Source: a virus. Taken from it: 64,000 nucleotides of DNA. The position numbers and the translations under genes are program-made. Positions 1 through 11,430 of the stretch are shown here, in pieces; positions within the stretch are counted from its first letter, which is position 1; each line of letters begins with the position of its first letter. The notes below the pieces were generated by a model, which saw nothing but the letters and a program-made list of their open reading frames with translations, did not search any database and was not told where the DNA came from. The DNA is taken from positions 52,754-116,753 of the IMG/VR virus record IMGVR_UViG_3300030202_003282; one strand, 5' to 3'.

Positions 1-2868
1 GTTCCAATAAGAACATCAATTTTATTAATTAATAACCCAATGATAAAAAGATTTTATTGGGAAAATTCAAATAAAGAAAATCCAGAAGATGCTGGAATTT
101 TTAAAAGAGTTAAAGATATGTTAACTGGACCTGGCGGATTAGAAGACGTGTATTTAAGTTTATATGGAAAAGATCTTGCTACTGATGCTAAACTAGAAGT
201 AACTGATGCAAAGTTATCAGAAGCAATTAAAGAAATGAATGACTTTAATTCAGATGAAAGAAAGTCAGGTACTATGTTTAGTTCAAAAAACGCTGAATCA
301 AGAAGGTATAGTAAATCAATGTTTCAAAGAGATTATAAAATTTTAAAACAATGGCAAAGTGCTCATAGACTTAAAAAGTTTACAGGTGAGCTTCAAAGTG
401 TAGTTAATCTTGCAAAAACATTAGGTCAAAACTTTCAAAATGTTCAAGATAGAAATAATGCTGTTGAAAATTTAGGATTGTTTTATGAAGGACCGTATTC
501 TTCTTTAACAATGTCAAATATAACTAATGAACCAATTGGTTTACCATTAGAAAATGGATGGCAAAAAATATTTAAAGGTGATGATCAAACATTCCATGGA
601 AACAATCTTAATATGGATAGACAATTGCAAGATCTTTTACCTAAAATCTTTTTATCTAAAACTGAAAAATTCCAAGATATATTAAATGTTACACTTAGTA
701 ATATGAATCAAAGAGTTTTACAAGATAGATATAAGGGTTCAAAATTATATGATAAAATAAGTACAGATCTTATTTCATATGTAACAATTAAAGCTTATAT
801 CCAAGGACTAAGAAAAGCGGGTAAACCTGTAAGTTTATCATCATTGAATAATGGGCTTATCTATAAAGAGAATGGAAGCCCGGTTCAAATAGATGATGTA
901 ATAAATAGACTTAGAAAGGTATATGAAGGTAAAGAAAATTATTTTTTAAATAGATTTATTTTTAATGATTCACAATATAAACCTACAAATACTACTGGTA
1001 TTAATCAGTTAAAATCTACTACCTGGACAAAAGTATCACCAGCACAAGTAGAAAAAATTCAAAATGGATTTGCAGATATATTTAGTAATATAGATACTAG
1101 ATCAGATGCAATACATATAGCTCATTATTTAATGGTTAAAGATGGATTGCAGTTTAAAAGCGGAAGTATTTTATCAGCAATGGCTCCTTTTATTTATGAT
1201 CTTTATTTAGATTATGTTGATATAGCACATGAAGCATTTCAAACAGAAGAAGATAATAAAGCATTTGCAGATATATTTGGTATGAGCCATAAAGAAATGA
1301 TAGGAGACTTTACATTAGGTTATCTTAAAGCTAACCCAATAAACTGGATGTTAAATACTGTTGGTAATAGTGGAAGAAAAAATGGAAGAAATATAGGTGT
1401 ATATGCACCAGGTGAAAACAAATATCAAATTGGATCATTTAAAATTGAAAATGTTGAAGCAGATCAAGATAATGCATATGTATTTTCAGAATCTCAAGGT
1501 TATAAAGGGAATGCAAAAATTAAAGATCTTGATAATGCATTTGGTATTCAGTTTAAAAAAGATGCTGGAATAACTGAAGAAAGTTATTTTACTAATGATG
1601 ATTTAGCAGATTTTCAAGAATTGATTGATGCTCAAATTGATGCTATATTAGATGACGGAAGAAATGTTATTTTTCCTAGAACATTTTTAAGCAAAACTGA
1701 AAAAACAAATATTGCTAAATATGGTCCTGAAATTTTTAATTACATGCAACAAAGAATGCAAGATGTATTTAATTATAATATAAAAACTAATGATATAACA
1801 GCTGAAGGAAAAATAAGTGAAAAAGCTGCTGCTAATAGACCTGCATTAATATTAGAAACTGAAGAAGGAAATGGATTAATAGTAGATGTATATAATGGTG
1901 TAATAGCAAGACCTTCTGAAACAACATCAAAAAATGAAATTAATGAAAGATTTTATAGTAATGTAAGTAAAAAAGCTAATAAACAAGTAAGTATTAATCT
2001 ATCAACTTTAGAAAGAACTCATGGTTTTAAAACAGTTAGAGTAGACACTAAAGATGGATTAAGAACAGAAATAATTTTTCCTGCAGAGCTTAGAGTAAAA
2101 GAAATGATTGCAGAAAAAAATGAAAATGGAAGATTAATTAAAACACCTTTTATTAGAACGTTTGAATTAAAAAAGATTTGGAGTGGGACTAAAACAGGAT
2201 CAACAGAATTATTGACTACAAATCAACCAGTAGCTATTGGCAATAGAGCTGAATATATAGAAACTACTCCGGTTGGTTCAAATCAAGCAACTCCAATTGC
2301 ATTTTCATTTGATGGTGAAGTTCCAACATATGAAAACATTAGAAGAGGAGTGCTTGAAAGAGAAGAAGGAGATAATGATAATGAAGACAGCAATCCATTT
2401 AGTGCTGGTGTTATAGGCAATAAAAAATTTATAACTAAAGAAGATTTAGCTAAAGAACAAGCAGTACAAAATGGAAATATTAAAGCAGATGAAAATGAAA
2501 TACTTGTAAATGGTGAAAATATTGCAGGTATTAATAAACAAGAAGAAATTGAACCTACTATAGAAGATAATGGGTTAAATGAAACTACAGTTGTAGATCC
2601 TACAGATAGTGGACCTAGTATTGATATAGAAGCTTTAGGTTATACATTTCCTGGTTCTGTTGATGAATCTTTTGTATTAATAGATAACTTTATTGAAACT
2701 GAAATAAAATCTAAATCTAAAGCTGAACAAACAGAACTTTGGAAAAAGATGAAAGAAAATAGTGAAGGTATAATTAAAGATGAAGAATCAACTATAGAGG
2801 CATATCAAGACAGTGTGTTTGAAACTGAAGAAGAATTCATTGATTATCTAAAAAAATGTATAATTTAG
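1..2868 (+). CDS. C-terminal part of a giant virion/ejected protein, possibly the crAss-type virion RNA polymerase polypeptide; 5'-truncated by the window
   Basis: Frame is open from base 1 (GTT CCA ATA...) through the ATG at 40. Large size and position next to another giant ORF match crAss-like transcription/cargo genes. No RNAP catalytic motif is visible in this part. Confidence 0.55.
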   Translation, partial: VPIRTSILLINNPMIKRFYWENSNKENPEDAGIFKRVKDMLTGPGGLEDVYLSLYGKDLATDAKLEVTDAKLSEAIKEMNDFNSDERKSGTMFSSKNAESRRYSKSMFQRDYKILKQWQSAHRLKKFTGELQSVVNLAKTLGQNFQNVQDRNNAVENLGLFYEGPYSSLTMSNITNEPIGLPLENGWQKIFKGDDQTFHGNNLNMDRQLQDLLPKIFLSKTEKFQDILNVTLSNMNQRVLQDRYKGSKLYDKISTDLISYVTIKAYIQGLRKAGKPVSLSSLNNGLIYKENGSPVQIDDVINRLRKVYEGKENYFLNRFIFNDSQYKPTNTTGINQLKSTTWTKVSPAQVEKIQNGFADIFSNIDTRSDAIHIAHYLMVKDGLQFKSGSILSAMAPFIYDLYLDYVDIAHEAFQTEEDNKAFADIFGMSHKEMIGDFTLGYLKANPINWMLNTVGNSGRKNGRNIGVYAPGENKYQIGSFKIENVEADQDNAYVFSESQGYKGNAKIKDLDNAFGIQFKKDAGITEESYFTNDDLADFQELIDAQIDAILDDGRNVIFPRTFLSKTEKTNIAKYGPEIFNYMQQRMQDVFNYNIKTNDITAEGKISEKAAANRPALILETEEGNGLIVDVYNGVIARPSETTSKNEINERFYSNVSKKANKQVSINLSTLERTHGFKTVRVDTKDGLRTEIIFPAELRVKEMIAEKNENGRLIKTPFIRTFELKKIWSGTKTGSTELLTTNQPVAIGNRAEYIETTPVGSNQATPIAFSFDGEVPTYENIRRGVLEREEGDNDNEDSNPFSAGVIGNKKFITKEDLAKEQAVQNGNIKADENEILVNGENIAGINKQEEIEPTIEDNGLNETTVVDPTDSGPSIDIEALGYTFPGSVDESFVLIDNFIETEIKSKSKAEQTELWKKMKENSEGIIKDEESTIEAYQDSVFETEEEFIDYLKKCII

Positions 2869-2882
2869 AATAAAAAAAAAAG

Positions 2883-5800
2883 ATGGCTAAATGTATAAAT
2901 AGAAGTGCTCCAGAATATGCTCCTTTATTAAAGAAGTATAAGTCTGTAATTACAGTAGATAGTATTATAAATAAATGGCAAGATTTTAATTTTGGTACAG
3001 ATTTATTTCCTACAGTAGCACAAGCGGAAGAATATCTTAATAATAAAAAAGCAGTATATTCATTAAAACAAAGAGAATTTGATGAAGCGTTAGTTGCTAA
3101 TTTAAGAAAATTAGGTTTAGTGCAAAGAAGAAATGTAAATGGTCAATTAACTATTTATGTGCAGAATACGCCTAAAGAAGGAGCCCCTTATATATTTAGA
3201 GCAGAAAAAGATCAGCTGTTAAATAATGAGCAATCTAAAAAAGTTGCAGATGAAAATTTTAATAAAGTTTTAAAATATCTGCAAGTTCACGGAATGCCTT
3301 TAGATTATTTTATTCCTACGTATACAAAAAGAACTATAAGATTAGATGTTAATCCTTCTGCAGTTAAACCAAAAGATATAATAGAAATAGCTAAAAAAGC
3401 TACTAGAAAAATTTCTCCTAATACTACTGCAATATTAGAGCATTTAGGACAAATGTTTCCTCAATTAAATATTAATGTAGTTAATAAAGAACAAGCACGT
3501 AGATATTGGGAATCATTACCACAAGCAATAAGAGGGTTAAATAAAAATAAATTTGACCAGGTAAACTCATTTTACTATAGAGGAAATGTAATATTAATTG
3601 AAGGAAGAATTAATAGTGAAACAGCAATAGAAGAAGTATTACACCCATTTATGGATGCAGTATATGCACAAAATAAAAGTTTATTTGAAGGTTTATTGTC
3701 AGAAGCTAAAGAAAACTTTCCTGAATTAGTTGTTAAAATTGAAAATGCATATAAAACTAGTGATGATGTATTTTTTGATCAAACTCAAATAGATAAAGAA
3801 ATAGTAACACAAGCTTTATCTAGACATTTTAATAGAGAATATGAAAATAATCCAACAGAAAGTTGGACAACAATGATAAAAGATTTGTTTGATTTTTTTA
3901 TGACAATTTTAAAAGATCTACATAAATATATAAGTGGTAAAAATTTAAAAGGAGTTAGAGTTGAATCTATAGTTGGCTTTGCAAAATTATCTGATATTGC
4001 TAAACTTTTAAATACTTCAAATATTTCATTTGATTTATCATTAGCAAATAAAGATAAAATAAATAAAGTTCAGTATTCTTTATCTCCAGGTAAAATGGCT
4101 ATTATAAATGCTGCAATAGCACAAGGAAATCCGCTTCAACAAAAAATTGTAGCACAATTATTTCATACACCTGGAAATGTACCTATGGATAAAGATAGTG
4201 CTTTTACAGATGAAGATGGTAATTATGATTTTTTAACTGCTACAGGAGTACAGGATGGTGAAACTATAATAGTATTAAATGCAAAAGATCATGTATACTA
4301 TAATGTAAAGACGGGAGAAGCATATACATCAGCTACTACTGTTATAAAAGGTACAATGCCTGAATCAGTGAGAAAAGATAAAAGAATAGCTCTTGAATTA
4401 GGAAATGATTTTGATGCAATTACAGACGGTATAGCTGCAGGATTAACTTTAGATCAAATTAAAGATAATATGACAATATTAGATCCTGAAGTAATTAGAG
4501 ATGCATATAATCAAATATTTGCAACAGTTAATAATATTGAAATGGAACCTACAATGGTGGGTAAACCAGAAAGAAATATTGTTTTACCACAAGTAATTTT
4601 ATATGATGAAAAGACAAAAACTGCTGGTACAGTAGATTTAATGGTTATTACACCAACAGGACAAATAAGAATTATAGATTTAAAAACTAGTAAAAATTCA
4701 ATTAACAAAATTGATAGATTTTCTAAAAGTCCTGCATATAGTACAAATAGTTTTCCTTTAGGAGAAGATTCTAAATTATTATATGAAACTGAAGATGGTC
4801 AATATTTATTAGATTCAAAAGGTAATAAAATTAGAAAAACAGAATTATCTGGAAAAAGAAAAGGTTTGCCTTTACGTATAGAAATGACTACAAAGCAACA
4901 ACATGATATGCAAGTTAATCTTTATAGAAGAATGGCTGAAAACATGGGGTTAGAAATTGAGCATGGTAGGTTAGGTACAATGACTTATCATATTCATGTT
5001 CCTTGGACTACAAAAGATTTTAATAAAGATGGTAAATATACAGGAACATTTAGATTAGAAGGTTTCCAAGTTCAACAAGATCAACAAAATGAACTTTATA
5101 TTGATCAATTAGTACCTGAAGATAGAAATAGTTGGAGTGCTGAAAAAATGCAAAGAACGGTTGAGCAAGATGAAAATTCTCCTTTAAAGGATAATTATTT
5201 AAATGATAACGAAGCATTGCCAGAAGATATTACTGATGCAAATGGGCTTACAGAATACAATACTATTTTTACTGCATTGCAAGATTTTAAACAAGGATTG
5301 TTAGATAGAAAAACTGCATTATTACAATTAAGATCAGCAATTACATTAGACAAAACAAGAGCTGAAGCTGTTGAAATGATTGATGATAAAATAGCTGCTA
5401 TTGAAGTTGCAACTTTAATAGGTGATGGTAAAAAAATGGCAGCTGAATATACTAGACTTATGACATCTTCTATTAAAGAAATGGATAAGTTTATAGAATA
5501 CATGAATAATCCTAAAAATTATAATTCTCAAAAGTATATTAATTATGCTTTAAATTTTGACAAGTTTATTGCAACATATTCTGGATTAAGAAATATAAAA
5601 AAATCTGGAGATTTGAATAATACTCAGATGAAATTATTATTGACTTTAGAAGATAAACTTAAAGAAATTGGTGGTTATCAAAAATCAGGTGGAGAAGTAG
5701 TAGAAGGACTTGTAGATAAAGCTATTTCAAATTATGTTAGAACATATGTTAAAGAAAATAGTAACAGAGAAGATTTAGATGATGCTACATTAGATAGTAT

Positions 5801-8768
5801 AATGAAGTTAGGTGAAGACATAGGCATGTTTGAATTTGGAACTTATGATATATCTACATCAAGAGATACCCTTCTTGCATTGATGGATAAGGTTTTTAAA
5901 GCTAAACAACAAGAAGTATTAGATAAAATTTCTAATAGAGAATATAGAATAAGACAATCTGCTTCAACTTTAGCTAAATTATCTTCAGGAAATGATCAAA
6001 ATGAATTCTATAATTATATGTTAGAATTTGATGAAGAAGGTGTTCCAACAGGAATGGTTGTTCAGAAAATTGGAAAGCAATATTGGAATAAAAAGAAAAC
6101 TTTTTATGATAAACTATCTGATGCTAGTGGTGTGCCATTACAATACAGACATATTGATAGTATAGAAGAAGCTAAAAAAACAAAACAAGGAAGAGAAGAT
6201 ATTGCATATAACATAGCATTACATAAAAGAAAAATGGAGTTTGCTGTTTTTATGAGAGCTGAATATACGCAAGATGGTACTTTAAGAGATGGTAGATATC
6301 ACAGGTATAATGATGAATTTATTAAAGCACGTTTAATACATGAAACTTATGTACAAGTAGGAGATAATCATGGTCATTGGGAACAAAAGAAAGGTATGAC
6401 TGATGCTGCATATCAAAAATATTTAGTTAAGTATTATGATCAAAAAGATAATGTAACTAAATCTGAATACATTGGTGGTGAATTTACCGGTAAAGTATAT
6501 GAAGTACCAACTAGATTTTATGTTAAAAAAGATTATGTAATTATAAATGAAACTGCAAAAAATGATAAGGGTGGATTAGAGTCTATGGTTAGTGAAAAAT
6601 GGGATAAAATAATGAATCCTACTGATGCACTAGGAGAAGCTCAAAAAGATTTTTATAACACTTACATGGAGATTTACAATGACATGTTGGAAAAATTACC
6701 TATGACAACTAGAGATAAGATGTTAGGTAAAATGCCTTTAATTAAAAATACATTTTTTGAAAGCTTAAAAGATAAACCAAATGCAGTGGCTAACTTATGG
6801 ACTAAAATGACCAGAGGTACTAAAGATTTCTTTACAAGTACTGCTCATAGTAAAAGAGTTGTTTTAGATGAACAAGGTAATCTTACAGATCAATTGCCAA
6901 TATTTTATGTTGGTTCTCCAAGAACAGAAGAACAATTGAAAAAAATTCTTGATGATATAGAAGCTTTAGAAATAAGATATAAAGAAGGAGGACCTAATGC
7001 AATAAGTTTTGAAGAGTATAAAAAACAGTTACAAGTTCTTAAAGGAGAAGAAGCTAAAATAAGACAAGTTCCTACAAGATCAGAAATAAGTAAAGATATG
7101 GCTGATAGTTTATTAAGATTTACTGCAATGGCTGAAAATTATGAAGTCATGGGACAAGCAGAAGATACTATAAATGCCATGTTAAAAATAATAGAAAAAA
7201 GAACTTATACAACATCTGAGAATGTTGTTACAGCATATATAAAAGGTAAAAAAGAACAAGTAGGAGAAGTTAAAGGTTCAGATTCAAATGTTTATAAAAG
7301 AGCTAAAAAATGGATGAACATGGTTTATTATAACAATGATTCAATGAGCAAATCTGTGGCAGATAAAATGGTATCTAAAGTAATAAGATATTCTTCTTTA
7401 TCTTATGTTGCTTGGAATCCATTTGGTAATATAAACAACTATGTAATAGCAAGATTAAATAATGGTATAGAAGTAGCAGGACAAAGATTTTTTTCTGCTA
7501 AATCATATGCAAGAGCAACGGCAGAATTTAATAAAAGAGTTATGCCAGACTTAGTAAGAAAAACAGCTTTTGCTGGTGGACAATTTGCATCAGGTCAATA
7601 TGATCAATATGAGGCACAATCAAAATATGAAGCTTTTGTTGAATTATTTAGAATGATGGATAATACTGCTGATATCCGTGAATCTGGTTATAATGGAAAA
7701 AAAGGTTTGTTTTCTAAATTTATGGATTTAGGTTATTTACTACAAGATGGTGCAGAATATAATGTTCAAACTAAAGTAGGAATGGCCATGATTATGGATG
7801 TTCAAGTTAGAAAAAGTAAAGAGGGCAATGGAGGAGAAACATTGAGTTTATGGGATGCTATGGAATTTAACTCAGTTACTCATAAATTAACTTTAAAAGA
7901 AGGTTTTGATGAAGTAGCAGAAAGAAATAGTGCTGATCCTAAAAGTGGAGAAAGAAATTGGACAAAATATGATGATCAGTGGAGATATCAATATAGAAAT
8001 AAAATACGTGAAGTAAACAAACAAATACACGGTAACTATGCTCATGAAGATAGAATGGTAATTCAATCACATTGGGGTGGTGAATTAATAGCTCAATTTC
8101 ACAAGTGGGTTGTCCCTGCTATTAAGGCAAGATATAGAAAAGAATATTTTGATGAAAATGTAGGTTACTTAGAAGGTAGATATAGAAGTTTATTTCAATT
8201 AACAAAATGGGCTTGGAAAAATAAAGCCAATATAAAAAATCTTAAAGAACAATTTAAACAAGATTTTGGTGAAGGAAATAGAGCTAAAATGAAAGTTTTA
8301 AATCTTTATAGAGCAGCTGGTGAAACAGCTATAATGTTTACTACACTTGCAGTAGCAAGTTTATTAAAAGGTTTATTTGAAGATGATGATGATGACTCAC
8401 CAGGAATGAGAAGGCTTAAAAATGCTATGGTGTATCAAGCAGATAGAGCATATAAAGAATTAATACAATTTGCTTGGTTTACACCAGATGGAGTAAAACA
8501 AATATGGCAGATGGTAGGATCTCCTATAGCTTCTACAAGAACATTAGGAGAATTAACAGAAGCTTTTGTTGCAACTGCAGATTATGCATATTATGGATTA
8601 ACTCAACCACCAGAAGAATTTTATAAAAATTCAGATATTTATTATCAAAGAAGGCCACGTAAAGGTCAGCTTAAATTAGCAAAGGAATGGAAAGATGTAG
8701 TTCCAATAATATATGGTATTCAAAGATGGGCTGATTTTGAAAATCAAAAAGATTTTTATATTAAATAA
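2883..8768 (+). CDS. Giant virion cargo protein with a degenerate zincin-like motif and a PD-(D/E)XK nuclease domain
   Basis: 1961 aa; 'IEEVLHPF...KEIVTQAL' zincin-like; 'YTSATTVI...AGTVDLMV...IIDLKTS...QVNLYRRM' PD-(D/E)XK; helical C-terminus. Confidence 0.65.
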   Translation: MAKCINRSAPEYAPLLKKYKSVITVDSIINKWQDFNFGTDLFPTVAQAEEYLNNKKAVYSLKQREFDEALVANLRKLGLVQRRNVNGQLTIYVQNTPKEGAPYIFRAEKDQLLNNEQSKKVADENFNKVLKYLQVHGMPLDYFIPTYTKRTIRLDVNPSAVKPKDIIEIAKKATRKISPNTTAILEHLGQMFPQLNINVVNKEQARRYWESLPQAIRGLNKNKFDQVNSFYYRGNVILIEGRINSETAIEEVLHPFMDAVYAQNKSLFEGLLSEAKENFPELVVKIENAYKTSDDVFFDQTQIDKEIVTQALSRHFNREYENNPTESWTTMIKDLFDFFMTILKDLHKYISGKNLKGVRVESIVGFAKLSDIAKLLNTSNISFDLSLANKDKINKVQYSLSPGKMAIINAAIAQGNPLQQKIVAQLFHTPGNVPMDKDSAFTDEDGNYDFLTATGVQDGETIIVLNAKDHVYYNVKTGEAYTSATTVIKGTMPESVRKDKRIALELGNDFDAITDGIAAGLTLDQIKDNMTILDPEVIRDAYNQIFATVNNIEMEPTMVGKPERNIVLPQVILYDEKTKTAGTVDLMVITPTGQIRIIDLKTSKNSINKIDRFSKSPAYSTNSFPLGEDSKLLYETEDGQYLLDSKGNKIRKTELSGKRKGLPLRIEMTTKQQHDMQVNLYRRMAENMGLEIEHGRLGTMTYHIHVPWTTKDFNKDGKYTGTFRLEGFQVQQDQQNELYIDQLVPEDRNSWSAEKMQRTVEQDENSPLKDNYLNDNEALPEDITDANGLTEYNTIFTALQDFKQGLLDRKTALLQLRSAITLDKTRAEAVEMIDDKIAAIEVATLIGDGKKMAAEYTRLMTSSIKEMDKFIEYMNNPKNYNSQKYINYALNFDKFIATYSGLRNIKKSGDLNNTQMKLLLTLEDKLKEIGGYQKSGGEVVEGLVDKAISNYVRTYVKENSNREDLDDATLDSIMKLGEDIGMFEFGTYDISTSRDTLLALMDKVFKAKQQEVLDKISNREYRIRQSASTLAKLSSGNDQNEFYNYMLEFDEEGVPTGMVVQKIGKQYWNKKKTFYDKLSDASGVPLQYRHIDSIEEAKKTKQGREDIAYNIALHKRKMEFAVFMRAEYTQDGTLRDGRYHRYNDEFIKARLIHETYVQVGDNHGHWEQKKGMTDAAYQKYLVKYYDQKDNVTKSEYIGGEFTGKVYEVPTRFYVKKDYVIINETAKNDKGGLESMVSEKWDKIMNPTDALGEAQKDFYNTYMEIYNDMLEKLPMTTRDKMLGKMPLIKNTFFESLKDKPNAVANLWTKMTRGTKDFFTSTAHSKRVVLDEQGNLTDQLPIFYVGSPRTEEQLKKILDDIEALEIRYKEGGPNAISFEEYKKQLQVLKGEEAKIRQVPTRSEISKDMADSLLRFTAMAENYEVMGQAEDTINAMLKIIEKRTYTTSENVVTAYIKGKKEQVGEVKGSDSNVYKRAKKWMNMVYYNNDSMSKSVADKMVSKVIRYSSLSYVAWNPFGNINNYVIARLNNGIEVAGQRFFSAKSYARATAEFNKRVMPDLVRKTAFAGGQFASGQYDQYEAQSKYEAFVELFRMMDNTADIRESGYNGKKGLFSKFMDLGYLLQDGAEYNVQTKVGMAMIMDVQVRKSKEGNGGETLSLWDAMEFNSVTHKLTLKEGFDEVAERNSADPKSGERNWTKYDDQWRYQYRNKIREVNKQIHGNYAHEDRMVIQSHWGGELIAQFHKWVVPAIKARYRKEYFDENVGYLEGRYRSLFQLTKWAWKNKANIKNLKEQFKQDFGEGNRAKMKVLNLYRAAGETAIMFTTLAVASLLKGLFEDDDDDSPGMRRLKNAMVYQADRAYKELIQFAWFTPDGVKQIWQMVGSPIASTRTLGELTEAFVATADYAYYGLTQPPEEFYKNSDIYYQRRPRKGQLKLAKEWKDVVPIIYGIQRWADFENQKDFYIK

Positions 8769-8821
8769 TATTCTTATAAATTTTTTGCTAGCAATAAGAT
8801 TTTTGTTAGATTATAAGAGTA

Positions 8822-9061
8822 ATGAATTGGACAAACATAATCAACAGAAAAAGAAAGCTAACTCCAACAGAAAGAATAGCTAGTAGAATAGGGTATTTAG
8901 GTGCTGGACTTTTAATAGCTGGACAATGGACGTTAGAACCAATTTTATTTATAATTGGATTTATATTTGTTATTGTACAAGTTGTTGTACGTAAACAATG
9001 GAATTTGGTAGCACTAAATATAAATGGTTTATTAGCTTGGTTAAAGCATTTGCTTTTATAA
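8822..9061 (+). CDS. Small membrane protein (PnuC-like 3-TM fragment)
   Basis: 79 aa with three hydrophobic segments; 'RKQWNLVALN'. Confidence 0.5.
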   Translation: MNWTNIINRKRKLTPTERIASRIGYLGAGLLIAGQWTLEPILFIIGFIFVIVQVVVRKQWNLVALNINGLLAWLKHLLL

Positions 9062-9163
9062 ATAAAGGGCAGTATCTCTACCACCCTCTATTTAACCTTT
9101 ATATAAATATGAACGAAACTTATAAAGGTATTCCATAATATAATTTTTCAATCCAACACATAA

Positions 9164-11023
9164 CTATTGAATTTCACAAGCTCCACCAGCACAAGCCAGT
9201 TCACCTGTTAGATTTGTTTCATCTTTTTCTTCAATTACTTTAGAAAGATCTATTTCTTGTAAATGTATTAACATTTTTTCATATTCTTTTTTAGTAATAT
9301 CTTGAAAAGGTGCTTGTTTGTATGTACCTCCATTATAAGGTAGTACAGATAATCCATTATAATATTTACGATTATCCCACATCCATTCACCTGCAGCTTC
9401 CCACTCATGTTCTTTTAAGCTAATTGTTGCAGAAACATTGTGTGTATTAGATCCAGTTCTATGACCTGGTTTAATCCACTCTTGTGCTATACGCTTAACT
9501 CTATCTAACAATTGAAATGGAGATTCAGTTCTCATTATAGCTCCAGAAGGAGCTTTTTGAGGAATACTGATTACAGCTGTAGTATGAGGACTAAAATACT
9601 CATCTTCAACTAGTTCAGGGATATTCTTAGAGAGATACTCATAAATAGCTTCATTTTTACCTACACGTAAAGTACGTATATAATAATCATTATGCCAAGC
9701 ATGAATACCAGAAGAAGTACCTAAAGTAAGAGATGTAGTTCCAGCAGGTTTTACAGTTGTTGTTCTAGCTGACTTGTTAATATCAATTAACTTTGCAATT
9801 CTAGAGTTTTCTCTCTTTACAAGATCTGCAGCTTTAGTCATGTCATAACCTAATACAGCTCCGGATCCAATTCCTGTCATTGATACACCAATAAGTGCAT
9901 CTTTTTCAGTTGTTTCTCTCCAGATATCTCTTAAATAATGAAAGTCAGTGTAACCAGCTTGCAATGTTCCAATAAAAGCTGCAGCTTTAACTCTTTCATT
10001 AAGATCTTCTTGAGATGTAATATTAGATACATTAACTTCACAAAGATTACAGAATTGATATGGACGCAATGCAATTTCACAACAAGGATTAGTTCCCCAA
10101 TCTTTATCATTATTAAAGTAAATACCAGGTTCACCAGCACCACTCTTTTCTACACGCTCCCAAAGTTTCATAAAAAATTCTTTAGTAATTTTATGTCTCA
10201 TCAGGACAGCAGAATTATTAGCACGGCCACGTTGTGGATTTAATTCCCACCAATCACCAGATTTAGATGCAATCATATCATTATCATCAGCAGAAAATAA
10301 ACTAATAAGTGCAGCTCTACGTATACCACCTGCTAATACAGCATCAGCAATATGACAAACAATATCATGAACTTCTAATGTTGTTAATTGATCACCATCC
10401 TCTTTACTTTCTAAAATACCTGTTAATTTAACAATGCATTCTTTAAGTGGTTGAGGTCCAGGTGCTTTACCACCAGATGTTACAAGTCTTGCACCTTTAG
10501 CACGAATATCTGAATAATCAAATTCAATACGAGATCCTTTACCATTAAGATAAGACTTCATAAGTACTTTAATAGAATCAGCCCAACCTTCAATTGAATC
10601 ACCAATTAAAAATCTTCTGCTTCTTTTTACATAAGGTTTATTTATAGGAGGTAATTTAGCTACATGATGTTTTTGTACAGAATAACCTACACCAGTTCCT
10701 CCCAATAATAAGAACATAATCTCACTAAATGAGTCAATATGATCTAATGGTAAATATGCACAGTTATAAATTCTATTAGGAGATATTTCAATTGGTTTAC
10801 CACCAAATTGCATACTTCTCATAGAAGGAAGAACTTTTTTATCATATACCATTTTATAAACTTCTTTAATTTCAGAAGAAAGTTTAGGATACTTTTTAAT
10901 ATGCATGTTTTTATTTCTAGTAACTAATTCATGCCAGGTTTCCCTGCGGTTTAGTTCTGGAACAAATCTTGCATATTTCATATAGACAGTGATTTCACTT
11001 AGAATTTGATTGCTTAATTCCAT
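9164..11023 (-). CDS. nrdJ: Class II (adenosylcobalamin-dependent) ribonucleotide reductase
   Basis: 'KYAR...RRETW', 'VLPSMRSMQFGG', 'NCAY', 'TNPCCEI...CNL', 'TTVKPAGTTS', C-terminal 'CAGGACEI'; no nrdB nearby. Confidence 0.93.
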   Translation of the reverse strand: MELSNQILSEITVYMKYARFVPELNRRETWHELVTRNKNMHIKKYPKLSSEIKEVYKMVYDKKVLPSMRSMQFGGKPIEISPNRIYNCAYLPLDHIDSFSEIMFLLLGGTGVGYSVQKHHVAKLPPINKPYVKRSRRFLIGDSIEGWADSIKVLMKSYLNGKGSRIEFDYSDIRAKGARLVTSGGKAPGPQPLKECIVKLTGILESKEDGDQLTTLEVHDIVCHIADAVLAGGIRRAALISLFSADDNDMIASKSGDWWELNPQRGRANNSAVLMRHKITKEFFMKLWERVEKSGAGEPGIYFNNDKDWGTNPCCEIALRPYQFCNLCEVNVSNITSQEDLNERVKAAAFIGTLQAGYTDFHYLRDIWRETTEKDALIGVSMTGIGSGAVLGYDMTKAADLVKRENSRIAKLIDINKSARTTTVKPAGTTSLTLGTSSGIHAWHNDYYIRTLRVGKNEAIYEYLSKNIPELVEDEYFSPHTTAVISIPQKAPSGAIMRTESPFQLLDRVKRIAQEWIKPGHRTGSNTHNVSATISLKEHEWEAAGEWMWDNRKYYNGLSVLPYNGGTYKQAPFQDITKKEYEKMLIHLQEIDLSKVIEEKDETNLTGELACAGGACEIQ

Positions 11024-11126
11024 ATTGATTGTTTTAAAATGTTAATAATTAATACATAATTGATTACTTCATCAATTATTTGGTTTTTGTTGTGATGTGT
11101 ATTATAAGATATAAAAATTTAATTTA

Positions 11127-11333
11127 TTAAACAACACGTTCATATCTAAAAGTAATAAAAAAAATACCTAAATGTATTCCAGTACAACTTTTAAAATTTT
11201 CTTTATCATTGCTTACTTCACAATTTTTGATTTTTATTCCTATCAATGCTTCAGAAGGTAAAAAATCAATATTAAAATTATTTTTTTTATTTAAACCCTT
11301 ATAATTTTGGGCATTTGTATGTCTTTCTTCCAT
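11127..11333 (-). CDS. Hypothetical protein
   Basis: 68-aa ORF, codirectional with nrdJ. Confidence 0.55.
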   Translation of the reverse strand: MEERHTNAQNYKGLNKKNNFNIDFLPSEALIGIKIKNCEVSNDKENFKSCTGIHLGIFFITFRYERVV

Positions 11334-11430
11334 ATATATTTAGTTTAAATTAAGGAAATTAGATAATTTCTTTGTATATTATATTATATGCATTAAATAT
11401 TAATGCTAAGTAAAATGTTTATATTTTGTA

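Noticed and set aside
4511-5503. Antisense ORFs within giant genes (also at 8806, 9938, 27502, 29787, 33454, 60591, 61158 and others)
   Set aside because: Shadow ORFs opposite well-supported genes, with no independent motifs.
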